DNA from: Deltaproteobacteria bacterium
Lineage (GTDB): Bacteria; Desulfobacterota; Syntrophia; Syntrophales; JAFGIO01
Length of the DNA: 48,785 nt
Assembly (NCBI GenBank): GCA_016929555.1
Contig: JAFGIO010000211.1
Coordinates: forward strand, 1 to 48,785
Direction of reading: 5' to 3'
In this document: positions 1 through 9,227 of the stretch, one piece after another
How positions within the stretch are numbered: position 1 is the stretch's first letter
How the letters are laid out: each line of letters starts with the position of its first letter
Notes under the pieces: model-generated
The model's database searches: none
Seen by the model: the letters and a program-made list of their open reading frames with translations, nothing else
Told to the model about the DNA's origin: nothing
Program-made: the position numbers and the translations under genes

Positions 1-74
1 TACCTTCTTTGTAACCGTTCAGCTCCGTCTGCTGTCTTGGGATAGAATGATAACAACGAGAGCTCTTCCGGGTA

Positions 75-647
75 TCACCTTACGGGCGACAGATCCTGTT
101 CTTCCGAGGGAAGGGGATACATGATGGCAAAACGCATCGCGTTCCAACATTTCATCTGCGAAGCCGTGTCCTTCATAAAGGCCTCGTAAATCTCCATTTC
201 CTCACCCCCTGGGGTCAAGTAGCCGGACAAGTCATGAGGGGCTATGATTTCCTTACAGCGTGTACTTCCAAATTCCTTGGCAAAGTCCCGCATGAACTTC
301 TGGGCAGCCCTTCCTCCCAATATTCTGAGCACCGTGGTATCTCGATATCTTGCGGCAAGGTCGAGCCCGGAGGCTATGATATAACCTACAACGGCCCCAC
401 AGACTTCACCCATACCCGAGAAGCCGGCTCCGAGACCCATGGTCACGTCTATCAATCGTTCCCATTTGAGGGGACAGAAGGGCTCCAGTGCCTCGAGGAC
501 GACCTCGCTGCACCTCTGGTGTACGTAAACATGGTTCGGTGGTACGCCAATTCTGAGGGGCGACCTCATCAGCATCAACTTCAGCGCTCCCTCGGCCGCC
601 TTCTCACGAGCTTCCAGAACATACGCGCTACTTTTGTTCGATGCCAT
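75..647 (-). CDS. C-GCAxxG-C-C family putative redox-active protein
   Basis: RCSE...GLGAGFSGMGEVCGAVVG...RCKE...KC pattern; AAGGAG RBS upstream. Confidence 0.8.
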   Translation of the reverse strand: MASNKSSAYVLEAREKAAEGALKLMLMRSPLRIGVPPNHVYVHQRCSEVVLEALEPFCPLKWERLIDVTMGLGAGFSGMGEVCGAVVGYIIASGLDLAARYRDTTVLRILGGRAAQKFMRDFAKEFGSTRCKEIIAPHDLSGYLTPGGEEMEIYEAFMKDTASQMKCWNAMRFAIMYPLPSEEQDLSPVR

Positions 648-906
648 CGTTTTCTCCTTTATGAATCGGTAGATGCCTAAGTTGGTTTGGATGGATCCGA
701 TTGCCCGTCACTTGCCACAGTTTCTTGATGTCGTGATGCTTTCGTTTACGAACGGGTTGGAGTGAAGCTGCGATTATGCTCTGCGAAATGAAATCCGGTT
801 TCTGATCGGTTACCCTGGGACGCGCGGACCTCCGATGTGTTGTGCGTGATTTATCGAAAACGGTACTGCAGTTGTGTAAAGGAATGGAGCTTTATCACGC
901 GATATG

Positions 907-935
907 ATGGTAAGGAAGAAAAGGGGAGATGTCAA
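907..935 (-). promoter_or_regulatory. sigma70-type promoter upstream of the C-GCAxxG gene
   Basis: TTGACA (930-935), 17-bp spacer, TACCAT (907-912) on the minus strand. Confidence 0.55.
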
Positions 936-995
936 TTGAATTATCTACATGTGGCAGTGACAAGAATCTCCATTTTCACAAGCTGTAGCAAACCT

Positions 996-3158
996 TCAGT
1001 TGTGCCGGCGCCGGAACTCGGAGTAACGGGCGAGCTTGGACAGAGCCCCCGCGGCGCGTGTGAGGCCGTCGTAAACGGGGACGCCCGCGTCGATGAGAAT
1101 CCGCTCGAATTTTTCCTCCGCCTCCTCGATGCCCGGGTCGGTGCGGAAGCGGCGGCGGTTCACCACGAAGGGCTTGCCATTCGTATGATCCTTCGCCCGG
1201 GTGGCGATGTAGGAGGCGACCTTGGCCAGGTGCTCGCCTTCGCCGATGTCGAAGAACCAGTCCAGAGGGATGGAGATGATCAGTATGTCAACCCCCGGGT
1301 CGGCCGAGACGATCTCCAGCGCCTTGCCCAGCAGCTTTAATTCGAAAAAGGCGAAGGCGGCGTCCACGGGGTTGCGGGGACTGTTTCCCGCAGCGGGTAC
1401 GAACTCGCGCAGGGCCTCCCGCGTCTTGGCGGCCAGCACTGTCACATCCAGGCCGGCGTTGTGGCACGTGTCGGCAGCGGACACGCCGATGCCGCCGCCG
1501 CCCCCGACGATGGCCACGCGGTGGCCCTGGGGCGGATCGAGGTGCAGGAAGGACAGAAGCGCATCCGTCATGTCGCGCAGGGAGCGGCACTTAACGGCCC
1601 CCGTCTGGCGGAAGAATGCGTCCCAGATATGCTGCCCGCCCGCAAGCGAGCCTGTGTGAGAGGCAACGGCGAGGGCGCCCGATTCCGTGACGCCTCCCTT
1701 CATGATCAGGATGGGTTTGGTCCTGTTGATCTCGGTCACCAGCCGGGTAAGGCGCTGGCCGTCCTTCACGCCCTCCAGATACATGGCAATGTATTTGGTT
1801 TCCTCGTCATGCTGGAGGTACGCGAGGAAGTCCGTGCTGTCCAGGGTCAGGGCGTTGCCGAAGCTGATCACCTTGCTGAAGCCGATGTCGAAGGAGTCGG
1901 CATAGTGGGTCAGGTCCTGGGCGTGGCCGCCGCTCTGGCTGACGAAGGCGACCGGGCCGGTCCGCTCCGAGGCGGACGTCCAGGTGACCATGCGGGATTT
2001 GGGTACATACAGGCCCATGCAGTTGGGGCCGATGACGTTGAGGCCGCCTTCCGCCGCGATCTGCTCGATTTCACGCTGCAGCCTGGCCCCTTCCTCTTCG
2101 CCCGTCTCCCTGAAGCCGGCGGAGAAGATGTGGATGTTCTTGTTCCCCGTGGCGATGCAGTCGCGGAGGTTCGACGGCACGAGGGGCGCGGGCACGGAGA
2201 TGAGCACCAGATCGACCTGCTCGGGCAGCGCCTGCAGGCTGGGATAGGCCTTCAACCCGAGGATTTCGTTCGCCTTCGGGTTGATGGGGTAAAGCCGGCC
2301 CGGGAAGCCGAAGGCCTGCATGCATCCCATCAGGCCCCGCCAGCCCGTGCCCTGCAGCTCGCGCGGCACGCCGGTGACGGCGACGCTGCGGGGGGCGAAC
2401 ATGCTCTCCAGGAACGACAGGTCGCGCGTCTCCGCCCGGGCGTTTTCGTCCAGCTTTCGCTGCACGTCGCCGTTGCCGAGGACGACGAGGGCGTCCACGG
2501 CCGCGATCTTGCCTGCGGCGTCGGCAAGGAGAGGATTGATGTCCACTTCCGAGACCTCGGGGCATTCCACCCCGAGGCGCGACAGCCCGGCAAGCGTGCG
2601 AACAAGAGCGGTGCGGTCCACCGGCTGCTCCCCGCGGAAGCCTCCCAGCAGCGCTCCGGCCTTCAGTTCGTCAAGCATGAGGCTTGCTTCCTGTTCGCTG
2701 ACCGGGGCGATGCGGAAGGTGACGTCGCGGAGGGCCTCCGTGAAGATGCCGCCGAGGCCGAACATGACCACGGGGCCGAACTGCGGATCACGGATGAGGC
2801 CGGCGACGAATTCCCGTTGTCCCGCGAGCATCGGCTGCACAAGGAATCCTTCCAGATCTGCGCCCGCCGCCGCCGCGATTTCCTTGGCTGCCCGGAGCAC
2901 CTGTTGCCGGCTACCCAGATTCAGCCGCACCAAGCCCCGTTCCGTCTTGTGGGTGAGCTTCGACCCCAGTCCCTTGAGTACGACGGGAAACCCCATCCGT
3001 CCGGCGGCTGCGGCCGCTTTGGCGGCACTGCCCGCCGCTTCTTCCTGTACAACAGGAACGCCGAATTGCCTGAGGAGCTGCTTCGCTTCCGCTTCCGTCA
3101 GGGTCGTTCTTCCTTCGCCCTTCGCCCTGTCGATGATTTCCAATCCTGCCGTTTCCAT
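996..3158 (-). CDS. ADP-forming acyl-CoA synthetase (acetate-CoA ligase family), ATP-grasp/beta domain fused N-terminal to CoA-binding/alpha domains
   Basis: LTEAEAK, GFPVVLK, THKTERG, DPQFGPVVMFGLGG, EVDINPL (ATP-grasp); YPINP, GPNCMG, SQSGG, SHTGSLAG (phospho-His). Confidence 0.9.
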   Translation of the reverse strand: METAGLEIIDRAKGEGRTTLTEAEAKQLLRQFGVPVVQEEAAGSAAKAAAAAGRMGFPVVLKGLGSKLTHKTERGLVRLNLGSRQQVLRAAKEIAAAAGADLEGFLVQPMLAGQREFVAGLIRDPQFGPVVMFGLGGIFTEALRDVTFRIAPVSEQEASLMLDELKAGALLGGFRGEQPVDRTALVRTLAGLSRLGVECPEVSEVDINPLLADAAGKIAAVDALVVLGNGDVQRKLDENARAETRDLSFLESMFAPRSVAVTGVPRELQGTGWRGLMGCMQAFGFPGRLYPINPKANEILGLKAYPSLQALPEQVDLVLISVPAPLVPSNLRDCIATGNKNIHIFSAGFRETGEEEGARLQREIEQIAAEGGLNVIGPNCMGLYVPKSRMVTWTSASERTGPVAFVSQSGGHAQDLTHYADSFDIGFSKVISFGNALTLDSTDFLAYLQHDEETKYIAMYLEGVKDGQRLTRLVTEINRTKPILIMKGGVTESGALAVASHTGSLAGGQHIWDAFFRQTGAVKCRSLRDMTDALLSFLHLDPPQGHRVAIVGGGGGIGVSAADTCHNAGLDVTVLAAKTREALREFVPAAGNSPRNPVDAAFAFFELKLLGKALEIVSADPGVDILIISIPLDWFFDIGEGEHLAKVASYIATRAKDHTNGKPFVVNRRRFRTDPGIEEAEEKFERILIDAGVPVYDGLTRAAGALSKLARYSEFRRRHN

Positions 3159-3585
3159 GCGCTTTTCTCTCTCCTATTGCTTGGTACGAAGCCCCCCCCG
3201 AAGCGTGTGGCCCTGTTCATCGATAGATTCCATATCCGAATCAGTCAGCGACGACGTAAGGACGACCGAGAATGGCTGTACATCAAGCCCTCCAACAGAC
3301 TGACGGGTTTATTTGAGGATAAGAAACATTGTTTCCGTGAAGGGGCTATAAAAGGTTCTGTCTCAGATGTCAAGGAGATATCTCCACAAAATTTGGGGTA
3401 GATAAATGGCGATTGCAGAAAGATGGTATAAGAGCCGGTGTACCCTTGAGAAGCTGAACAGGCTCATGGCCGGTTCAACCGGGGTGATCAGAGGTGCCGT
3501 TCGAGCAAAGCTCACCGCCACGCCTATATTCATGAGGCATGAGTTGTGGATATAAGCATTTCGGGTATTCAAAATCCTGACCGAG

Positions 3586-3670
3586 GGGATCGTCATCGAT
3601 GACGATCCCATAAAAAAACCCATGTCCCGTGAAGTGCCACGGAGCAAGGGGATTTTTTACGAGGTCATCA
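3586..3670. repeat. short TIR-bounded repeat unit starting in a 24-bp perfect palindrome
   Basis: GGGATCGTCATC|GATGACGATCCC at 3586-3609; ends TTTTTACGAGGTCATCA; interior resembles the reverse complement of 8364-8412. Confidence 0.65.
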
Positions 3671-3675
3671 AGAAA

Positions 3676-3836
3676 TGACGACCTCGTAAAAAGTCGCAAA
3701 CCCTGTCACCCCCTTGCAGCCTGCACCCGCGAAGGCGGGGGAAAGCGGGGGTCCAGAATATATTGAATTACCTGGATTCCCGCTTTCGCGAGGCATGACA
3801 AGAAGGAGTCGAAACGGCCTCCTTATGGTTTCATCA
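3676..3836. mobile_element. MITE/REP-like element, copy A
   Basis: Left end TGACGACCTCGTAAAAAGTC, right end GGTTTCATCA; internal GGGGTCCAG...CTGGATTCCCGCTTTCGCG hairpin; near-identical to 10496-10655; AAGAAATG at both junctions. Confidence 0.75.
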
Positions 3837-4091
3837 AGAAATGGTGAAAAACGAAAAGGTGTCAGCCTATACCAAGCGATGACGCTGGTGCGTGTGCCTC
3901 GTCGCTACGGATGAAACGGAGGGTGGTCCCTGCTGCAATCGGGATCGTACCCTCACCGGCCTGGCCGCCCCTCCGCAACCAGAAGAAGCACTTGAAGATG
4001 ATAATGTCCCACGTCACTTTCCCTTGTCAATTCTACTTCATTTTCCATGGCGTTTCCGGATCCTTCCGATACGATCCGCCCCCCGATCGAC

Positions 4092-5300
4092 TCACAGGCG
4101 CATCGCCCAGCGCTGGTAGCGGGAATAGTTGAAATTGCCTTTGTGGACGGCATCGGTAAAGGGGGTGATGTCGATTTGTCTTTGGAGGAGGTTTCGGTAG
4201 AGGCCTTCGCGGCGGATCTCTCCGATAAAGATAAAGCCTTTGAGAACACCTCCGTCCAAGACGATCTTGTGATAGAAATCAGGACCCGAGAAGACCCGGA
4301 CGTCCGGTCCATCCGCCCGTCCCATCCCGGCAACGAGAATGGAGAGTCCGAAGACCCGGAGAATATTTCGGGCAACGCTGCCTTCATAGGTTGCAGGAAC
4401 ACCTGCCATATTCCTTGCCGCCACCCGCCCCTGCTCGACCGCTACAGGCCAGAGGGCATTCACCCTCTGTTCGCCGGCAATCAGATCCCTTGCTTCCACG
4501 GCATCGCCGGCGGCGAAGACGCCGGGGATGTTGGTCTCCATGTATTCATCAACCAGGATCCCGCGCCGGAGAGCCAAACCGCTGCCGGCAAGGAAATGGA
4601 TACATGGATTGACTCCCTTGCCGAAGATGACGAGATCGCAGGGAATCGTCGTCCCGGATTGAAGCGTTACCTTTCCCTCGGCATCGATTCGGGCGATGTC
4701 CTCGCCTTTGAGAACGTCAACCCCTTGCTGCCGAAGTCGGTCCTCTACGAAGGCCGCCGCCGGCCTGTCCAACATCATCGAAAAAACCCGGTTCGAGCTC
4801 ACAATGAAGGTGATCTTCATCCCCAGCCGGTGCAGGGCGTCGCCAGTTTCCATGCTGACGGGACCGGCGCCGGCGATGACGGCATGTCCCGTTTTCCCCT
4901 GCAGCCGCTCCTGAATGCGGCGAACGTCTGGAAGATCGCGGATAGTTGCGACGAAAGGAAGTGCGTGCCCTTCTATGGTGGGCTTCTCCGGTACGCCGCC
5001 CGTAGCGATGAGCAGCCGGTCGTAGAACACGGTTTTTCCGTCATCGGTTTCCACGGATTGCCTCTGCGGGTCGATCCGGACAACCCTTCGTCCCGTATGG
5101 AGCAAGACGCCTTCCGGTATCGGCAGGTGCAGGTTCTTTTCCTCCACCACCCCCGCCAGCAGATAAGGGAGAACCATCTTGGCGTAAGGGGGTGTGTTTT
5201 CACCGGAAAACATGATGATGGCGTCCTGGGGATTCATCTGTCGAAGCATTGCCGCCGCGTTGACTCCTGCCGGACCTGCTCCGATGATCACGTGTTTCAT
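4092..5300 (-). CDS. FAD/NAD-dependent oxidoreductase, AorC-like subunit
   Basis: IIGAGPAG, YDRLLIATG, ETNIPGVFAAGD; last gene of the aor operon. Confidence 0.85.
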   Translation of the reverse strand: MKHVIIGAGPAGVNAAAMLRQMNPQDAIIMFSGENTPPYAKMVLPYLLAGVVEEKNLHLPIPEGVLLHTGRRVVRIDPQRQSVETDDGKTVFYDRLLIATGGVPEKPTIEGHALPFVATIRDLPDVRRIQERLQGKTGHAVIAGAGPVSMETGDALHRLGMKITFIVSSNRVFSMMLDRPAAAFVEDRLRQQGVDVLKGEDIARIDAEGKVTLQSGTTIPCDLVIFGKGVNPCIHFLAGSGLALRRGILVDEYMETNIPGVFAAGDAVEARDLIAGEQRVNALWPVAVEQGRVAARNMAGVPATYEGSVARNILRVFGLSILVAGMGRADGPDVRVFSGPDFYHKIVLDGGVLKGFIFIGEIRREGLYRNLLQRQIDITPFTDAVHKGNFNYSRYQRWAMRL

Positions 5301-5312
5301 CCGTGCTTCCTC

Positions 5313-7106
5313 CTACAAGCCCAGTTCGGCGAGTTTCTCCTTGGTGGGCACACCCTTGGCATCCCAGCCGCGAAGCGTGTAGTACTCGGACATCATGACA
5401 TCGAGCTTGTTCACCTGTCCCTGGTTGGGACCGGCGGGGATGGGATCCTTGAGCATGCGCGGTGCCAAGGTGTCGTCCTTGGCGGATAAACCCGCCTTGA
5501 GGTTGAAGAGGCGCTCCAGATTCCAAATGCGTGCGCCGATCTTCATGAACTCCTCCTCGGTGAAGGGGACACCCGTGGCGGCGGAGAGCAGGGCGGCAAT
5601 ATCGCCGGCGCCCATGCCGAAGGTCGTGAAGAGGCACTCTCCCGAGGAATCGAGGGCCGCCGTCATGTCCTGGAGGGTTATCGTGAACTGAGCCTTCTGA
5701 TCCGTCGCCCTGGGGTCGAGCTTGACCGGACTGCCGAAGATCTCCACTGCCGTCATGTAACCCCGAACATGGCAGCCCCCGCGGTTGCTCGTGGCATAGT
5801 TCAGGCCTATGCCCTGGAGTGCTCTCGGATCGTAGGCCGGCGTCTCCTGTTTCTTGACGGTCATGGAATACTCGGGATGGCCGTAACTCTCGGCCAAGCG
5901 GTAACTGCCGAGCTGCAGCTTCTGGCCGAAGCCCTCTCCCGTCGCCGCCTTGCGGACTGCCTCCAACATGGCGTCGGCTTCTCCGAAACGCAGAACCAGG
6001 CCGTCGGTATCCTTGACCGTGATGATGCCGTCCTCGAAAAGGTCCATGGCGCATGCGACAGTGGCGCCGACGGTAATGGTGTCCATGCCGTACTCATTGC
6101 AAATATAGTTCGCCTTGGTCACGGCATCGAGGTTATCGACGCCGCAGTCCGGCCCGAAAGACCAAGCCGTTTCGTACTCCGGTCCTTCCCCAACACCGGC
6201 GTATTTCGGGTTCGTCACCCGAGTCGCCCGACCGCAACTGATGGGACAGGAGAAACAGCCCCGAGGGCGGATCAGCAGATCTCTCGCCAGGGATTCGCCT
6301 CCCACCTTGTCAGCCGTCGTGAATTGGGATTCGCGAAAGTTCCTCGTGGGCAGGCCGCCGACCTGGTTCATGACATTGATCAGCATGTCCGTGCCGTATT
6401 TCGTCAATCCTCCCGTACCGGGGGCAAGTTTTTTTCTGCAACCGAGGACAAGTTCCCGGAAGGCCTTGGGATCGGCAACCCGAACGGCGCCCGTTCCGCG
6501 CACCGCCACGGCTTTCAGGTTCTTGGAACCCATGATGGCGCCTACGCCTGTCCTGCCTGCGGCCCTGCCGCATTCATTCATGATGTTCGCTACCGGTGCC
6601 ATTCGCTCTCCGGCGGGTCCGATACAGGCGACGCTTGCTTCATCGTCGGTTACCTTCCGGAGGGCTTCCGTTGTCGCCTCGACGGTTTTTCCCCAGATCT
6701 TCTTGGCGTCTCGGATCTCCACCCTATCGTCATCGATCCAGACATATACAGGTTTTTCCGCCGTGCCCTCGAGGATGAGCAGATCGTACCCGGCGTACTT
6801 AAGCATTGGGGCAAAGACGCCTCCCGAACTGGAGGCGGCGATGGTGCCCGTGAGCAACCCCTTCGTGACCACGTCGAAGTGAGCGGCCGACGGTGCGTTT
6901 GTGCCGTTTAGGGGACCCGGGGCAAAGATGAGTTTGTTATCCGGGCTCAGAGGATCGATGGCGGGATCGACCTCATCGAAAAGGATCTTGCTGGCCAGAC
7001 CGCGACCGCCGATATACTTTTTGGCCAACTCCATGTTCAGCGGTTCCTTGACGATGTTTCCCGAGGTCAGGTTAATCCTCAAGATTGTGCCAGTCCAACC
7101 GTTCAT
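5313..7106 (-). CDS. aor: tungsten-dependent aldehyde:ferredoxin oxidoreductase catalytic subunit
   Basis: YIGGRGL, CIGPAGE, RAAGRTGVGAIMGSKNLKAV, CFSCPISC, EGPEYET, GMDTIT, DSSGEC. Confidence 0.95.
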   Translation of the reverse strand: MNGWTGTILRINLTSGNIVKEPLNMELAKKYIGGRGLASKILFDEVDPAIDPLSPDNKLIFAPGPLNGTNAPSAAHFDVVTKGLLTGTIAASSSGGVFAPMLKYAGYDLLILEGTAEKPVYVWIDDDRVEIRDAKKIWGKTVEATTEALRKVTDDEASVACIGPAGERMAPVANIMNECGRAAGRTGVGAIMGSKNLKAVAVRGTGAVRVADPKAFRELVLGCRKKLAPGTGGLTKYGTDMLINVMNQVGGLPTRNFRESQFTTADKVGGESLARDLLIRPRGCFSCPISCGRATRVTNPKYAGVGEGPEYETAWSFGPDCGVDNLDAVTKANYICNEYGMDTITVGATVACAMDLFEDGIITVKDTDGLVLRFGEADAMLEAVRKAATGEGFGQKLQLGSYRLAESYGHPEYSMTVKKQETPAYDPRALQGIGLNYATSNRGGCHVRGYMTAVEIFGSPVKLDPRATDQKAQFTITLQDMTAALDSSGECLFTTFGMGAGDIAALLSAATGVPFTEEEFMKIGARIWNLERLFNLKAGLSAKDDTLAPRMLKDPIPAGPNQGQVNKLDVMMSEYYTLRGWDAKGVPTKEKLAELGL

Positions 7107-7107
7107 G

Positions 7108-7587
7108 TCACCTCACCTCCTCGTAAGTTTTTTTGAACTCCACGGCGACGCTCTTCTTGCGCGAACGGGCGATGCCGGTCTCCTCCTCGTATTGAAGGGC
7201 GTTTGTGGGGCAGTAAGCTACGCATTCCGGATTCCCGTCGCAGAGGTCGCATTTGATGATCCGGCTTTTAATTGAATCGTATACAACCGCCCCGAAGGGA
7301 CAAGCGAGGGTGCACATGCGACATCCGATACACTTCGTTTCATCCCAAGCAACGCGGTTGAGATCGGGATCCGAGTGCATTGCATTGGTTGGACAGACCG
7401 CCACGCAGGGGGCGTCTTCACATTGCTGGCATAGGGTCGGCATGGAGAATCCTTCCACCTCCCATGTGTGCAGATGAATCCTGGAGGTATAGGGGCGGAA
7501 TTCTCCGTCATGATAAAACGAGCAGGCCAGTTCGCAGTTGTGACACCCCGTGCATCGATCAGGATAAATCATCAACATTTTCGCCAT
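7108..7587 (-). CDS. 4x[4Fe-4S] ferredoxin subunit (AorA/CooF-like)
   Basis: CTGCHNCELAC, CQQCEDAPCVAVCP, CIGCRMCTLACP, KCDLC...CP; start moved to MAKML after GAGGAGG RBS. Confidence 0.9.
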   Translation of the reverse strand: MAKMLMIYPDRCTGCHNCELACSFYHDGEFRPYTSRIHLHTWEVEGFSMPTLCQQCEDAPCVAVCPTNAMHSDPDLNRVAWDETKCIGCRMCTLACPFGAVVYDSIKSRIIKCDLCDGNPECVAYCPTNALQYEEETGIARSRKKSVAVEFKKTYEEVR

Positions 7588-8261
7588 AATTTCCCTCCTC
7601 TCGATGCTTGAAAAAACATACATGACTTCTCCGCACCGCTGACAAGATATTCTCGTTCCGGATCGTTGTCAGCGGAACGGCATCCTGTCTCATAACATCC
7701 GACATATGAAAATAATCTTAATATTGAGGCCCATCACCCCCTTTACAGGAAGGACGGACCGGCTCATTTGAAGTTCTGTGAGCGCGGCGCCCCTTAACCG
7801 CCTTGGATGACACAAGCCTGCCCACCTTCTTTCTCATCGAACATCTATCGGGTTCGTTTAATGATTTCATTTGAATGCTTCAATTTGTCTCAGATATTTC
7901 CAAAAGTTAAGTTGACGAATTAGCCTGTAGAAGAGAAAGTTGAAGAGATAACGTTGCGTTGTCTCTTACTATGCACATATTATCTAAAATTACAATATGT
8001 CAGTTATGATATATAGTAAGTATTTTTATCATTACATATATGCAACGCAGGCAAGCTCCTTATCTTCTGAAATCGTTAGCCTTTCTGTCGGCTGAAAGCC
8101 GGGGAAGGATCGCCACCGGTTTTGAACTTGTTAACCAGAGATTCTATGCCGTTCTTGAGATCCTACTCGCTCCACTGAAAAGATCCCTGCCCGACTTCTT
8201 CGTTTTTTCTGCCGTAATGGACAGTGCTGAAGGCCTGAAACTTCTTCAAACTAGATGGTTT

Positions 8262-8414
8262 CTGGATCCCGGTTTTCGCGGGAATGTCATTGTTGACGGT
8301 ACCGTAAAAAGGCGAAAATCACCGTCCCTTTCGAGGTGGGAGGGATGAGGTGGGGGTGATTTTCATGCTTCGTGGCGCCTCTCGGGGCATGAGGGTTTTT
8401 TTACGAGGTCGCCA
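8262..8414. repeat. partial REP-type half plus TIR-bounded element of the same family
   Basis: CTGGATCCCGGTTTTCGCGGGAATGTCA, then TGACGGTACCGTAAAAAGG...TTTTTACGAGGTCGCCA; CATTGTT at both junctions (8288-8294 and 8413-8419). Confidence 0.65.
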
Positions 8415-8509
8415 TTGTTTGTTTTCATGCGCAGCGGCGTCCTACGGAATATGGGAGGGGTGTTGTGAATGCAACAGGACGGATCCTATGATGATTCGCA
8501 GGCTTCGTT

Positions 8510-9196
8510 TCACGATTTCGGGACCTTCAGAACCCTGTAATAACTGTCCAGGGTATAGACGGCGGCCAGAGGGTTGTGACCCAGTAGGCGGTCCTTGACG
8601 GCTAAGACGGTGCATGGCGCCTCGGCGTACTTCAAAAAAAGGGAGTCGTGGCCCACACAGAGGCCCATCATGATGTTGAACTCCGTTTTTACAAGGTTGA
8701 GGAGCTTGGCCTGGGCGATGGGGTTGCACATGGATTCGAAGGACCCGATGCGGATGTTCTGATCGAAGCCGATGTCGAGAACCTCCTTCGATACCCGGCC
8801 AGCCTTGCAGATGCCAGAGACGACCTCAAAACCCCGGCTCGAAAAAAAACGGTCCACCTTCCGCGCCTCTGCCGCCAGGCCGATGCAAAAAACCAGTCCC
8901 AGTTTCTTATAGCCCATTTTATCTGCAAATTCAGCGGTTTCGAGGATGCGGGGCTTGAGGGGTCTTGTTCTCGCGTAGCCGAGTTCCCGATCCGCGTAGC
9001 CGTCTGCCTCCTGAAGCGATGCCTGTTTGGCAAAATTGCGGATGTCGGGCTTGTCGAATTCCCTCGCGGCCGCTTGAAACACCTCGGGATGATTGGTCGT
9101 CGGGCAGAAGGGCGGCGCCTTGCCGTCTTCGTTCAGGCAGATCCGGTCCTGGGGGGCATAGGGACAGCGGGCGCATTGAGGGTACGTGTTTTCCAT
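8510..9196 (-). CDS. DUF1847 domain putative metal-binding protein
   Basis: CARC...C...CP, KKLGLVFCIGL, CNPIAQAKLLN, GLCVGHDSLF, KDRLLGHNPLAA. Confidence 0.85.
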   Translation of the reverse strand: MENTYPQCARCPYAPQDRICLNEDGKAPPFCPTTNHPEVFQAAAREFDKPDIRNFAKQASLQEADGYADRELGYARTRPLKPRILETAEFADKMGYKKLGLVFCIGLAAEARKVDRFFSSRGFEVVSGICKAGRVSKEVLDIGFDQNIRIGSFESMCNPIAQAKLLNLVKTEFNIMMGLCVGHDSLFLKYAEAPCTVLAVKDRLLGHNPLAAVYTLDSYYRVLKVPKS

Positions 9197-9227
9197 GATT
9201 CCTTCCCCATGATCTTGATAGTGAGAA

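Noticed and set aside
1461-3401. 646-aa plus-strand ORF, and similar long antisense ORFs (4047-5489, 5769-6911, 32983-34599, 34884-36164, 39200-40498, 47585-48769)
   Set aside because: They lie opposite well-supported genes and show no recognisable motifs; typical shadow ORFs of GC-rich coding DNA
3406-3555. 49-codon plus-strand ORF (MAIAERWYKSRC...) with a weak RBS
   Set aside because: Short, no recognisable motif, next to repeats; cannot be supported
3586-3843. Possible CRISPR array
   Set aside because: No regularly spaced identical repeats with unique spacers, and no cas genes
8040-8348. 102-aa ORF or possible gene remnant upstream of aorA
   Set aside because: Runs into repeat DNA and has no recognisable homology in the frames I read
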